60,111 nt of DNA, filler included, from Basidioascus undulatus (GCA_000826855.1; 3 parts of 3 records of this genome joined end to end with filler, not necessarily neighbours in it); one strand, 5' to 3'. Positions 12,672 through 25,909 are shown, numbered from the whole stretch's first letter. Numbers and translations: made by a program. The notes: generated by a model not told the origin, from the letters alone.

Positions 12672-13113
12672 GGCTCGAGGTAATATAAACGTCTGGATTA
12701 AAGAGTGACTGGTTTTGAACGTCGAGAAGGATGAGAGGGAAGGGAGGAAGGTAAGCACTCCAGGCGAGCCGCAGGTAAGTCGCTCGAGCGAGCGAGGCGA
12801 AGAAGGTCGATCGACAACAAAAAGGTAAGCAACTACGTCCGTCAGTGAGCCTGCGAGTAATTAAGGAGCTGTATGGTAAGATGGTGAAGAGAAGCAGTAA
12901 GTGCAAATGATTGTATGAGCGGAATGAAAGGCGGAATGAAAGCGTGAGGCTTCTCCGATCGACAGCGGTTGGCGGCTGCTATCCGGTGTTGCGCAACGAG
13001 CGCATGGCGGAAAGTCATGCGATAATAAACCCGAAACGTCAACCCCTCACTATCCCAGGTCGAGCCAGCGATCCAAGTCCATCTCCCCAGCCCTATCCCG
13101 CCCGCCCGGCCGG

Positions 13114-13552
13114 TCACTTCCGACCCGCCTCCGCGACCATGAGCTGATGTCGCGTCAGGTTGTCGATGTATGTCTGCAGCACCGCGTTCTCCTCTTTGCG
13201 CTTCGCGCACTCGTCCTGCACCGTCTTGACGCGCCCCAGCAGCGCTGGCGTCCCGTTTCATCAGCTCATGGCCATCCCCGTGGAGCCCATCGCCGTCAAC
13301 AAACACCGGCGCACCTCGCAAGTTCTCCCGTGCTTGCAGAATATCTCTATTCATCCACAAGTTCCTTCGATGAGCCAATATATACGCTTCGGAGAACAGG
13401 ACATTGGGCTGGACGCACTTGATGACCGCCTCCTTCTGCAACGCCTCCTGTAGCAGCTTCCCCTCATCCACCTCCTCCCCGCCTCCGCTCGGCGCAGTAC
13501 CCCAAGCGTCCGCTTCGTCGTATAAAGAGTTGTCACCTGGTCGGGAGGTCAT
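13114..13552 (-). CDS. Short coiled-coil protein (SCOC/Slo1 family, DUF2205)
   Basis: Three exons: MTSRPGDNSLY...LQKEAVIK|DILQARENLR|ALLGRVKTVQDECAKRKEENAVLQTYIDNLTRHQLMVAEAGRK*. The L..RV..V..EC.K...EN.VLQ.YIDNL pattern is characteristic. Confidence 0.85.
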
Positions 13553-14557
13553 GATGGTGGTCGAAGCACAGATGCGCAGGGGAAGAAGGCGGAAAGTCAC
13601 CGCCACACGAGGCAGTCACGTGGGAGTCGAGGTCAGGCCTCAGTTCTCGTTCTGACCCTCAACCGGCAAAACACTACCGGTTCTCAAGTCTGAAGTGTAC
13701 GTCTCGGAAGAAACAACTAAAGTTAATGCAAAATATAGCTTTCTCACTAGTTTAATCCCCCGAAACATTGCTTGTTCCGCAAATCGAGCAGTCGACGTCG
13801 TCTTACGACCAGTTTCAAAGCACTGTTCACAAGATAGCCGCCACAGAGTTCACTGTCTACCTCCAGATGTACCTTCATTAAATGTGGTGGATAAAATGCA
13901 GAGTCACGGAAGGGATGAGGCTTGCATACAGACCAAGCAAGCCCAAGAAGGTCTCAAGCACCGTCAAGTTGCCCCGACGCCAGCAAGTGTCCAAGTAGGA
14001 CCTGGAGTAGCCATCGCTTTGCATTCGAAAGGAACAGATGAAGCACTTGGACATAACTTTGTCGTTCTCCAACGAGAAGCGTACAAGCGGACGTGTTGCG
14101 GCCATATTAACCCGTTTCGTCTCGGCTCGAACCTCGAAAGAAGACATCGGTCAGGCAAGGCGAGTGAGGGGGAGTCCGCTTGCAAACACGGATCGACCGA
14201 ACGTGATGGAAGGGGTTACTTGAAACGGTACGTAGGTTGTTGAGGCGGTCACTGCAGAGCGAACTCTTTAATTGTGATAGTCAGACAGCAGCGTCATTTC
14301 CGGCCTTCCCACATCAACGAAGACAGTTATGGCGATCGACGAGCGTATGAGCGATGGAAGGTTGGCGAGCGGTAAGACGTAGCGATGGGAGCGCGAAGGT
14401 GATCCAGTACGTAAGATCGAGGATGTCGCAGGTGAGGCGAGTGAGCTGAGTCCCCGGGCCCTTCCGATACGACACTGCACATCCGTTACATCTCATGCAT
14501 CAGTCCATCCCGCACTGCACTGCTCTGCCCATCCATTGTCCCATCGTCCGCCACACT

Positions 14558-15547
14558 CTAGTTGTACAGGCGCTGCACCGCCCACCTCACGCACATCAGC
14601 TCCCACGCTCCTGCCTCCGCACTCCATCACGCTCTAAAGAGCAGCACGCACCATAGGGAAGTGAGCGTGCGGGTTGTGCGGCGCGGCCTCGGCCAGCCTG
14701 AGCGGGTTGGGGCGAGCAGGCGGGGTCGGGGGCAGGCCGATGAACGGGTTGTTGGTCTTGCTCTCGCTCAGCTTGGCGATCGCATCCGTCAGCTCCGAGT
14801 CCGCAGGCGCGACGGTCACCTCCGTCGGGCCGGCACCGCCCGGGCCGGAGATGCTGTGTGCGTGCGAGGAAGGAGAGGTTTAGGGTCAGGGGGAAGAGGT
14901 GGGATTGGGGAAGGGGGGAGGGCAAGGGGACTGACGCGTGGGAGGCGGGGGCAGAGAGCAGAAGCTGCGCGAGCTCGTTCTGGGTGATGACAGAGGTCTT
15001 GGGGTATCTGGAGAGTGTGGGAGAGCGTCAGCTGGGTGGGGAACCTCGCTGAGCTGAGAGCAGACTCACGCCCTCCGGAAGTCGCGCTTGTGGTACGCGT
15101 TGTCCGCGATGTCCGAAGCTGTGCGCGATCCCAATCCAGCTACAGCCTGCACTACTCCATCTCAACTAGGACACCAAAGATGGACCACTCACCCTTGGAC
15201 ACAGGCGTAACGTACTTCTCCGGACGAGACCCAGGAGGGACCGCACTGCGTTCGGGCGCCGCATGAGCCTCCCTGCCCTTCGCTTCCCCCTCCAACGTGC
15301 CCGAAGACCTACCGGTGCTCAGTGGGGATGGTAGCGCCCGAGCTGATCTCCGGGTTAACGACCAGCGCGTTGTGGATCGTCTTCCAGATGCCGCGGGGGC
15401 CCTGTTCTCGCGAAGGAGCGAGGGTCAGCGGTGGAAGCTCCTCCCGCGAGCGGATTCCGGCGCGCGGACCTGGTGGTACAGCTCGTGAGCGGCGGGCTTG
15501 GCGACCTTGACGGCCTGCTTGGCGGCGTCGGCGGCTTTGGAGGCCAT
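14558..15547 (-). CDS. NADH:ubiquinone oxidoreductase 21.3 kDa accessory subunit (NUZM/NDUFA7-like)
   Basis: Spliced: ...GPRGIWKTIHNALVVNPEISSGATIP..VPPGSRPEKYVTPVSKASDIADNAYHKRDFRRAYPKTSVITQNELAQLLL...GLPPTPP. This matches the fungal GIW..I...L...P and DIADN.Y.KRD.RR.YP motifs. Confidence 0.85.
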
Positions 15548-15818
15548 TGTAGAGTGAGAGAGCGCGAGGAGGTGGATGTGACGGTTGTAGTCAATTGCCG
15601 GGCTTCCATTTCTAAGTCGCACTTTGGGTTAGGTGGGTTCGCTGCAGCATTATTGCCAAACATTTGAGAGGAGCCATGGGGCCTGCGCGATCAAACTGCA
15701 GCACCCGAGAGTGACAAATCTTCCCAAAGATTCGCAGTTTGACATGGACAATGCGAATGCATGGAATGCGAAATGCTGCAAATGCAAAGTAGTGATGGTC
15801 CGATCGTCCCTTCCCATC

Positions 15819-17204
15819 TCACAGCGCCGCATCCCCGCTCAACTCCACAACCAGCCTCGTGTCCTGCTTGATCTCATCGCACGGTTTTCGGCTCTTGAGG
15901 ATCTCCAGCCCGACCTCGAGGCTCTTGACAACCTCGCGCAGGCCGACCTTGAGCACGTCGATGTTGAGCGCCTCGGCGAGGAGGTTCATGATCTGCCGCG
16001 AAAGAATACGGTCTTCGTAGATGAGGGCGACTTCTGCTTGGCCAAGATGGGTTGAGTACTGCGCTTGCAAGGGAAAGAGTGGAGGAAAATGGTAGAAAGA
16101 GAAAGACGCACCGACGCGGTGGGTCGTCAGTTTGGGAGAATGTGGGAGCTCGGAAACGGGAGGGAGGACAGCTAGGTGCGCTCCGGTTTGATCCATGGAT
16201 CCTATGCAAACTGGAATGCGCATGTCAGCGGTAAGCCCACAGGAGGAAGGAGCAGACGCTGCGCACTGTCCATGGAAGCTTCGTGTGAGGGGGTCGTGCT
16301 GTTCATGCCACCCTATCATCAGTCCCAATGCCTTCATCCAAGATGCAACCTCTACGCACTCGAAAGAGTAGTGCAATTTCATCTGCGCCGCATGCGCGAT
16401 CTGGTCCGCCACGCCGCCCTGCCATCATCCGCGTCAGCCCTCTGCAGCCCCCAACACTCTTGTGAGATCGCTCACATCCCGGTATACAAACACCTTGTCC
16501 GCGCCCAGATCCTGTACGCGGTCCAAGCTGTCCTCGGCATCTTCCGGATCCGCTGTGCTCAGTGTCCGGTACCCCGCCAGATGGGAGAGCTGGACGCCTG
16601 CGTGCCCGACTCGCATCAGCTTTTGCCCAACAGTGATCTTACCGATGCCACGTACCATACGCGCCCAGCACTGTCTCCCCTCCCCAAACAAACACAGTCT
16701 CCCTCTTGAGCTTCAGCCGCTTCCCGCCTAACCGGGGCGTATCCTGTTGCACCCGCCGAAACGCGACCACCGTCAGCCCTGCCTTGACTGCGTTCTCTAC
16801 CGAACCACGACATACCAGCGAGAGCGTATGGAAGAGCGCGACGGTCGCCGTGAAGAATGATGAGGGAATAGTAGCCGCCTCGATGAATGACAGCGACTGA
16901 GGGAGTTTGACGGCGTGCTCAGCTCGGATGACCGAGTACTGCCCAATGTCGGCGTCCGTCGCGTGGAGGAGGTAAGCAGCTACGCTTCATCCACCACGTG
17001 ATTAGTCCCATTCGCCCTCTTCATTCTCCACTGTATAAAGACGCACCGGTCCCCGACTCGGAAGGAACCCGCCCCCTCGCCCACTCGTCGGACGACGCCT
17101 GCAACGTCCCAGCCGGGCACGCCCTCGGACGTGCTCGGGGAGACGGCGTAGTGCGCGACGAGAATCTGGCCCGGGGAAGGATCGAGAGGTGTGGAGACGG
17201 TCAT
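15819..17204 (-). CDS. Medium-chain dehydrogenase/reductase (GroES fold plus Rossmann; enoyl-reductase/quinone-oxidoreductase-like)
   Basis: PGWDVAGVVRRVGEG..FRVGDR; KLPQSLSFIEAATIP; VFVWGGETVLGAYGVQLSHLAGYR; LGADKVFVY. Confidence 0.8.
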
Positions 17205-17683
17205 GGCTGGGACAGAGGAAAGTGTATAATTGAGAAGGAGAAGAGAAAACGCAAGAAAGGGAAGGGTACGAAAAGCGATTACGTGACCGCGCTAACTTAC
17301 CGCGGACATTTCGCCGGCGACAGAATATAGCCTGCCCGTCAGAGGTCCCCCTCAAATTTGCATCGCTGCCTCGTTTTTCAGAATCACTCCGCCGAACGGA
17401 AATGATGGAATATTGTCGTGCAACAGAAATAACTGAATGCGCAACGAAGGCCCAAGTGTTGCAGTGGCGGCCTTGAGGCGAGATTGCACAGAAAGCCTCT
17501 CTTCGATGCCTTCATTTGGGCTGCAAAGACATCCTTTCGGCGGAATACAGATAAACTGAAGGTTCGGTCTTGTTCGTGCGTGCAATGGGCGCAACGCTTG
17601 AGAGCCACGGCGCTCAATGCTGAACCCTAACATGTCCTCGACAACTTGCAATACCGCAGTCACAGTGCAGACCACTTGGTCAG

Positions 17684-18741
17684 TCAGGAATCAATTGGCT
17701 CATACACCGGCCCTTCGCATCGCGTATCCGGTCCTCCTCGTACAACGTCCCAGCGCGCAAAGACGCACCCCAGCTCCGGGTGTTGAACAGGCAGCCGCAC
17801 CACGCGCAAATGTGCTAGACGCCGAACAAGTCGTTCAACAACCCACAACATATGCCCATCGCTCGCCTCGTCTGCGGATGGCGTAGGGCCCAGGTCGCTG
17901 GGGAGGCAAGTAATGCTCTCGAGGCGCGGATTGTAAAGCCCCAGCCGATCGGCAAACATACCCTGCGTGAGCTTCACGCTCAGTGCTGTTCAACTGGGAT
18001 GGGGAAAGAGACGCACGATGCCATAATCTTGGACGAACTCGTAGTCGAGGCGGAGATGCGTGAGGTTGGGTGGTACGTTCAGCACGAGCTCAAGGCTAGA
18101 ATGCCAAGGCACGTCGAGGGGCGCGGCGGAACGAAGGGTGACCGTTCGTATCGTTTCGCGACTGCGGGAAAGATGCAGGGACCGAAGGAGGTTGTGGAAC
18201 AATGGTCGTTCCAGAGGAGCGACGATTGACAGTCGCTCGATGGTAGAGCATGACTGGTAGGTACAGAAGAAGCGGGTGTTGCACGTCAACGTGAAGGGCG
18301 AGACGCTCAGCGGGACTTCGAGCGGGTACAGGATCGACAAGGCCCGCAGGGAAGGAGCACGATCGAATAATGGGGGGCAGCGGCAGTACTTGTGCGGAAA
18401 TGCCGAGCCGGCTATGTGAGCGGAGAGCAACGCGAGTCGTCTGCCAAATGTTTGCAAACATCAGTACGTCCCGCCCGATCAAGGTACCGAAGCAGTACGT
18501 ACACGATAAGGTTGGCTTTGCTAGACTCCGCCACCGCTTTCCATTGATCGATTGTACGAATCCACACGCACGTCCAAAGGGCGGGAACCGCCATGTCGTT
18601 GAAGATGCGACTCGCACGACAAAGCTTGGCGAGAGCGGCGCTCGCTGATGAAGATAGCTCGAGACGATCGAAATCACAGTGCGCCTCGGATGCGAGATCT
18701 TTGACGATGCGATGCACCAAATCGAAAGGCAAGGTGGCCAT
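17684..18741 (-). CDS. F-box-like/LRR-like hypothetical protein, apparently intact
   Basis: MATLPFDLVHRIVKDL...LAKLCRASRIFNDMAVPALW is F-box-like, followed by LRR-like LRALSI, IERLSI, LTHLRL. The frame is restored by two GT-AG introns. Confidence 0.65.
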
Positions 18742-18962
18742 GGTTGGCGAGGTGCGATGATGATGGTAAGAGTCAAGGCACAACTTGGCCCTGAAGAGAA
18801 AAACGCTCGCCGTCATGCCTCCAACCGTCACGCCTACTCCGGCATTCAGAAAACATTACACAAGTGAGTGGCCGGGGGAGAGGAGCTGTTGGTGAACTGA
18901 GTCATCAGAAGTTTGTCTAAATGGGTACTGCAAAAGGACTGCTGTCACTGGCATAAAAACTG

Positions 18963-19046
18963 TTCCCCAACCGGGAGTCGAACCCGGGGCTTGTCGGATC
19001 GAATTCTAATGAAAGCGACATGGGTTAGCCGTTACCCCATTGAGGA
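18963..19046 (-). tRNA. tRNA-Glu(UUC) with 12-nt intron (18998-19009)
   Basis: Cloverleaf: acceptor TCCTCAA/TTGGGGA; anticodon arm TGTCG-CT TTC A[TTAGAATTCGAT]C-CGACA; T arm CCGGG-TTCGACT-CCCGG; downstream T5 terminator. Confidence 0.93.
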
Positions 19047-19888
19047 TGTGAATTTCCTTCATTTCTAACAATTCAAAGTGTAACTAAGCCTATGTGCCGC
19101 CATTTTACATGTATGTGATGGGAAGGACAGTTATAGTTTCTTTAGTAAGGCAAGCTTGATCTCAAAAACACTTTGTATCTGAAGACACCGCGAGCAAAAC
19201 TTCACGGAGCAGCATCCACAATTGAGGATAAAGGTCATGTTGACTTGACGGAGACCTTCCAGGAATCAGTTGCAATCGTTCCCTGCTGCCTTTTGCGAGT
19301 ATTTGTCTTGCACGCTTTCCTGTATCCGGAAGAAAACAGGAAGATTATGGGCCTGCCCTGCACATTAGATGCAATGACCGCCTGAATCCCTGCGTACCGC
19401 GCCTCGTCCCACGAAACAAGAACCGCTGAAGCCTCTGCACTGCATACTGATCCACCGTTGTCGAAAGTGGTCGAGGCGACAGTGTCAGAGGTCTATAAAA
19501 GAAAAGAAACTGGTAGAGGGCCATCCTAACAGGATATGGTGGTGTGGTAATTCAACATGTGAGGCTGGGATGCGACCGGTCATGATGACTTCCGGCAACC
19601 GTTGCAACACTGCCTGGATGATGAACCATACGGGACTCGGATGAAGTTCCTGTAGCCCTTCTCGAGGTAAATTTCAGGTCTGTGCTGTTTCGCAGTTAGC
19701 TGCAACAAGGCTGAGCGAGCGCTTCCCATTGCCCGTGCGTCTGAATTGTGCGATGTCCATCTTGATGGCACGCAAGCGGCGCCGCACCGCCGGACCTCTG
19801 TCCGGATCCTCAGCTGGCCCCTCTGGGCCGAGGAACCCACCTCCGCCGCAGGAGGCCCACGTCGGACACACCGACGAGGCCATGAATG

Positions 19889-19977
19889 CCTAGGTCGGCC
19901 GGCTGCCGGCCTAGGGGGGGAGGGTGTAAGGATCTGGGTTCTGGGACGGGCACTTGTGTAAATAGTTTGCCGCTCGC
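19889..19977 (+). mobile_element. Possible polypurine tract plus start of the 3' LTR of an LTR retroelement, cut by the contig end
   Basis: AGGGGGGGAGGG (19913-19924) is immediately followed by TGTAAGG and preceded by a near-perfect hairpin. No RT or integrase coding sequence was recognised. Confidence 0.35.
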
Positions 19978-20077
19978 NNNNNNNNNNNNNNNNNNNNNNN
20001 NNNNNNNNNNNNNNNNNNNNNTTAATTAATTAANNNNNNNNNNNNNNNNNNNNNNNNNNNNNNNNNNNNNNNNNNNN
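19978..20077. other. Artificial contig linker N44-TTAATTAATTAA-N44
   Basis: Exactly 100 nt. The core gives stop codons in all six frames and is identical to 40054-40153. Confidence 0.97.
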
Positions 20078-20796
20078 GGTGGGGTGGGGTGGTCGGTGGT
20101 CCAGCGGGCTTGGGCTATTCACGTGCTTCTGGATGATTTCGAGAGTAAATTGCAGCTGAAAGAGGTGGGAGTATGCGTTGGCTTTGAGATTCGAGACGCA
20201 TCGCCGGCCACAGCGCTTCTGCAGTCCTGCAGCCCACATCATGCCGGCCTTCGAAGATGTGTTTGCTGGCGGGACTGGCACAGAAAGGGGCGCGGCAGTG
20301 CATTAAGGAATCGGTTGTGCAGCCGTGAAGACAGCATGCCACAAAGAAGCACTACAGCGCTCCATTTCTCCGCGAACTTCTTCGGCTTCGGGTAGGCATG
20401 AGGAGGTGTAATGCTCAGTAAAACGCGCCGTGCAACGCAAGAGCGGTAAGGCCTGCTTGATCTGTATCAAATAACATTGGTCATTGACGGTCGAGTGTCG
20501 TCTACCGTCAACCTGATGAGGCTGTCGCTCTCTTGCTACACAATATTGAACACTTCGACACTATCAAGCTTGTCATGAGAAGTGGACTTGCTTATTCCGC
20601 ATGAGCGTCTCTCCTAAAGCTTAGGGCCTCTCTCTTTTTGAGCTGTCGACAGCTTGACGGCGTCCCAGAGTTTCATGATATCGAGGGACGATAGGTGACT
20701 TCCGATAATTTTTAGGGGTCAAGTAAAACAGCAGAGGCAGTACGCCGGCCCTTCCTTTCTATACACCGCTCACCTTGACACTTACCAGAAGCAGCA

Positions 20797-21945
20797 TGAC
20801 CACCAGGAAAGCGAAGAAGAAGTCCCGCAGGAACGGAGCGCACAGCGGACAGCGAGTGAGTGCTTCAGGTGGCCGTGCCTCCTTTCAGGCCTGCCAATGG
20901 CTCACGGTGGGGTTTCTTCTGTACAGACCCCCGCAGGCTTCAAGCCAGCCATCATCCTCACCTTCAGAACTCACCCCGTCATCGCACTCGCCATCGCTCC
21001 CCGCTCCCCTGCCGTCGCTACCACCCCCTCCTCGAATGCCCAGGAGAACCTCTCCAACGTCATGCCCGTCAAAGTGGACCTCTATGCTCCCGAGTGAAAA
21101 TCCCTGCGGGAGAGGTCTACAAGAAGCTCGCCTCAGTCCGGAACAAGGTCGAGACGCTCGACAAGGCGTTCTCCCAAGTCCGAGACGACATCTCCCAGGT
21201 CTGAGACGATATTAACAAGCTCGACACGTAGGCTCGAAAGAGTACGAGACGAGGTCAAGGGGCTCGACATGGCGATCTCAGCGGTCCGAGACGATGTCAA
21301 CAAGCCCGATACGGCGCTGGACCCGGTGCGAGAGGAGTGGGACTCCTTGAAGCTTTCACCGATCCGTGACGATATCCACATGCTCAATTTCAGGGTCAAT
21401 GCCCTCCTCGCCAGCAACGAGAAGGATCGTAAGGCCTCCGAGGAGTTCTGGAAGAAGCTCGACGAGGAGGAGGCGCTTTATGAAGAGCCAAGACGGAAGA
21501 CGAACGAGTATATCCAGGAGCTCACGGAGAGATTCTGGTCCGTCTCCGTCTTCGAGCTGATGGCGCGTCGGAGGGTACACCAGATCCTCCTCGATGCCGG
21601 CTACGATCCCATCGTCACGCAGGCGAACAGCCACTTGCTGAGCGAGGAGGACAAGGGGGCTTCTGGAAGACATGGTGCGTATTCGTTAGTTCACTCATTG
21701 CCGACTGTGCTCCTCGTCTGAGTCACTCGGCGTCCTAGCTTCGCGACATCCAAGGTGGCGGCGTGTGGGACGACCTCGACCGCTCCATCGCGACGGTGGA
21801 CGTCGCGTACATCATTGCCACGCAGGCTGAGTGCGACGTCCTCAAGCCCTTCTTCAAGGCTCTGATGGGCTTCAATCCCCTGGACATCAGGAAGCAGTCT
21901 CGGAAGGTCAAGAAACGCCGGATTTCGGTACGTCTACTTGCTTGA
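20797..21945 (+). pseudogene. Disrupted gene for a coiled-coil protein with about 14-aa tandem repeats
   Basis: Repeats LASVRNKVETLDKA / FSQVRDDI / LERVRDEVKGLDMA / ISAVRDDVNKPDTA / LDPVREEW / LSPIRDDI. There is an in-frame TGA at 21202-21204 where sister repeats have CGA, and a +1 frameshift near 21229. Confidence 0.6.
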
Positions 21946-23392
21946 CATCCTGCTCACCATTCTCGCCGTCTGATGAAAACGCGCTTCAGATGAGGACCTG
22001 AGGAGGAGGAACGATACCCTGTGATCTTCTGGTGTATCTTATGGCTGGCGATATGGTGTTCCGAAGACGAACGAGATCTGGAAGCCTTTGGGTATGTTGC
22101 CGATTCAGGCAAGTCTCAGACTGCGCTGGGGCGTAGAGAATGAACGCGAACACTCGAGCACTACTGCTGGTGCAACCCGAGGTTATGCTTGTTAGCAGAT
22201 TACCCTGAGCATATAGCTGCTTCTTGAGGTTCAAAGGTACAATACTGGCGGCGTGCTGTCGCTGCTGCGCAAGCATGTTCCATCCCACTCTGGGTGTCGC
22301 TGCTTCCCTGGTCGGTCGCCCATCCTCTTCCTCGGTGTCACACAATAAAATTTGGCCCTGAAAAGGAACGTAAGAAATCGAAGAAGCTTGTTGATGTTCA
22401 CTTGAGCGTATCGACAGCAAGGGCTCGGCAAAGCTTGGGCATCCATGCCCTGCCAGGCTTCGAATCTGCTGATTGTTTCGCTCGACCCTGAAGTACACAA
22501 GCTTCGAACTTTAATGTCCCAGTACAAAGTTCTTCTTCTTGTATTAGAGAGAATCTCAAATGGATCGGGTTTTCGTGTACCGGTGTGCTCTGCAACGACT
22601 TTGTGCAAGGAGGGTCCCGTCAACTGTGTGAGCACGTGGCAGTCCTATCGTCCTTTCAACCGAAAAGGACTCATCCTTGGATCCTAGAAGGTAACATGAG
22701 CTCTTTACTTCCAATGAAAGTTTTCTAAAGTGTGGACAGCCGCCGCGTTATGCCCTTTGCGATGAGGCTTTCTGCGAGCTCAATCGTTTAATGCGTCACA
22801 GATCGCACACTTAAAGCAGTGTACAGTATCAAGCCTCTATGCCCCCCTTCGTGGGTATTTACCAAAACACATTCTACCGAGTGTTGTTAAGTGCTGGAGG
22901 AGTTGATCCATTGTAGAATGCAGTTGAGAGACGCTGCAAGCTGGAGTCTGGCAGTCTGCTAGGCGCTGTCAAGTGCCCCGCGGCTGTCATGCTGCGCTCA
23001 CCGCGCCAAACTGTATGGATAGCGGTTCTTCGTGTGCACCCTTAGGACAATTCTTTCCAGAGATCAGATGCAATAATGCTATGGTCGGAGGAGAGGTAAA
23101 ACATGATAATCTGGGTGTCCCAATGCGTGTCTCTCCGTAATTAGGGTTGAGGTGCCCGCTGCAACGCGTCCAGTCGCACGTTCCGGCCCTTCGCCTCGCA
23201 TCGTGCATCGCTGGTCTTCTCGCTTACGCTCCCTTATTCTCGCACCACCACCACCTCCTCCGACATTCTATATCCCTCATTCGGATCTCGATACCCCTAC
23301 GGCTGCGAATACTTATACCCTCGCACCTTCGATCGTGACACGCGTGGGATCCCCCGAGCACTACCTACTAGACACCCTCTGCTGAAGACGGG

Positions 23393-25581
23393 ATGGCTGT
23401 GTCTCCTGTTAACGTGAAGCGCATTTGCTGCAGTGAGCCCCTGTATTGTCTATAGTCCGCAGGTCGGAGCAGGAGGGGAGGCGTGGATCCCCGGGGAATC
23501 GCGAAGGGCGCTACCCCTTGCGTCCTCCCCTTCCAGGCCTGCCCACTGCTGGCGTCTCCCAGCGCTGACGCTCCCCTTCTCCTGCCAGTTGGCGCCGGCT
23601 ATGTCGGCGGTCCGACGTGCGCGGTCATCGCGCAGAAGTGCCCGCACATCCAGGTGACGATCGTGGACCTGAACGCGGCGCGCATCGCAGCGTGGAACTC
23701 GGACAACCTGCCCATCTACGAGCCGGGCCTGTATGAGGTCGTCAAGGAGTGCCGCGGGCGCAACCTCTTCTTCGACACCGACGTCGACAAGGGGATCCGC
23801 GAGGCGGACCTCATCTTCGTCTCTGTCAACACGCCCACCAAGAAGTCGGGCATCGGTGCTGGGTTTGCGGCGGATCTCAAGTGAGTGGACAGGCCTTCTG
23901 CTGGAGAATGGGTGGTTCCTGGGGAAGGTTGCTGAGGGTGCGGAGGGGGTGATCCAGCTATGTGGAGCTGGCGACGCGTCGGATCGCCGAGGTCGCGCCG
24001 GAGAGCAAGATCGTAGTCGAGAAGTCGACCGTGCCCTGCCGGACGGCCGAGTCCATGCGCGCCATCCTCGAAGCGAACGCGAAGCCCGGCATCCGGTTCG
24101 ACATCCTCTCCAACCCCGAGTTCCTCGCCGAGGGAACGGCCATCAACGACCTCCAGGCGCCCGATCGCGTCCTCATCGGCAGCTTGCAAACACCCGAGGG
24201 CAAGGCCGCTCAGCAGAGCCTGGCCAACGTCTACGCCAATTGGGTCCCGTGAGTGGAGGGAAGCGTGGGTGATGGGTGGCTGTTTGAGGCGTGGCGCTCA
24301 CCTGGTGGGTTCGGCAGGAGGGACCAGATCATCACGGTCGGGCTGTGGTCGTCCGAGCTATCCAAGCTCGTGCGTATTTCTCAGTCGAGCTGTCTGCTGC
24401 TGTGAGTATGCTGACTTGGAACTTGGCGAACAGGCTGCGAACGCCATGCTCGCTCAACGAATCTCCTCCATCAACGCGCTTTCGGCCATCTGCGAGGCTA
24501 CGGGCGCTAACATCGACGAGGTTGCGAACGCGGTAGGCAAGGACTCTCGATTGGGACCGAAGTTCTTGAAGGTCCGTATGCCCGACTGAGCGAGAGAGGG
24601 AGCCCCTGATGGCTAACTTGCTCTCTCGGTTGCAGGCGTCAGTGGGGTTCGGCGGGTCATGCTTCCAGAAAGGTTCCTGCGCCGCTCTTTCTTCTCCCCA
24701 CTTCCTTTCCCCCCTATCGCCGTGTAACGACTGACCGAATTGTCCAAATTGCGCCTTCCCAGACATCCTCAACCTCGTATACCTCTCCGAGAGCCTGCAC
24801 CTGCCCGAGGTCGCCGCGTACTGGCGGCAAGTGGTCGAGCTCAACGAGTACCAGAAGCGGAGATTCTCAAAGCGCGTGATCGAGACGCTGTTCAACACCA
24901 TCACGGGCAAGAGCATTGCTGTGTTCGGGTGCGTGCTGCTGCTCCCCTTCTCGCTCCCTCCCCTCCGCTCCCTCCCCTGACACCAACTTGGTGACTGCGT
25001 ACGTAGGTTCGCGTTCAAGAAGGACACGGGCGACACGCGCGAGAGCGCAGCGATCACGCTCGTCAAGCACTTCCGCGCCGAGCGCGCAAATATCCGGATC
25101 TACGACCCGCAAGTGGAGGAGGCGCAGATCTGTTCGTCTCCCTGTTTCCCATCGCCCTCATCACGCCCGGTGGCTGACGTGGTGCGGCGGGGTGTGTTGC
25201 GCAGGGATGGACATGCAGGAGCCCGGGCAGTCCCTCGATGCGGCGAAGGAGCATGTCTCTATCGCGCCGTCGGCGCTCGAAGCGGCCAAGGGCGCAGACG
25301 CAATCTGCGTCTTGACGGAGTGGGTGCGTCGCGCACTGGTCTATTCCTCCTCTTCTCCCTCTATACTTTCAACCTTCATTCCCTGACCGACCCGCTCTTA
25401 TGACCCTCGCGCCGCGCAGGACGAGTTCAAGACGCTCGACTGGGCGGCGATCTACGCGGGGATGAAGAAGCCCGCGTTCCTGTTCGACGGCCGGCTCATC
25501 CTCGACATCGACGCGCTCAGCGCTCTCGGCTTCTCGGTGCACCAGGTCGGCCGCGGGCAGGGCCAGGCGGGATGGTTCTGA
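23393..25581 (+). CDS. UGD1: UDP-glucose 6-dehydrogenase
   Basis: [13 protein letters not shown]ossmann motif; [56 protein letters not shown]; catalytic [28 protein letters not shown]; stop TGA 25579-25581. Confidence 0.97.
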
Positions 25582-25909
25582 GGGGCCGAGGTTACAGAGA
25601 TAGGGCGCCGAGGAGACAATTTCTTCGCATGATAATCGGGAGTTGACTGTGGACTGTGGCATAGGGACGCTATTTACTTTTGCATACTTCTCGGTCTGGA
25701 TATTGGGCACCCGCACGCATTCATTCGGTGTGCTTTGCACGAGGGAGAACAGCGCGGTTCGAGCCTGCCTCGGTGCTGCACACTCGCATGTTGTCGCACC
25801 GGAAACTGAGTGAGCACATCGGAAAGCGCGATTCTGCGAGCAGCACCCAAGACACACGCGCCGCGTTGTCAAAATAAAGAGAATGCCGATCTAGGTGTAC
25901 AACATCACA

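Noticed and set aside
17623..17631. AACCCTAAC (and TTAGGGTT at 23141-23148) as a telomerase RNA template near TERT
   Set aside because: About 2.7 nine-mer matches to any TTAGGG permutation are expected by chance in 60 kb on both strands (6 x 2 x 60000 / 4^9). No supporting pseudoknot or other structure was seen, and the second hit is on another contig. A comparative covariance search would be needed.
20022..20033. TTAATTAATTAA palindrome as a biological site
   Set aside because: It is embedded in symmetric N runs and repeated exactly at 40098-40109, so it is a synthetic spacer.
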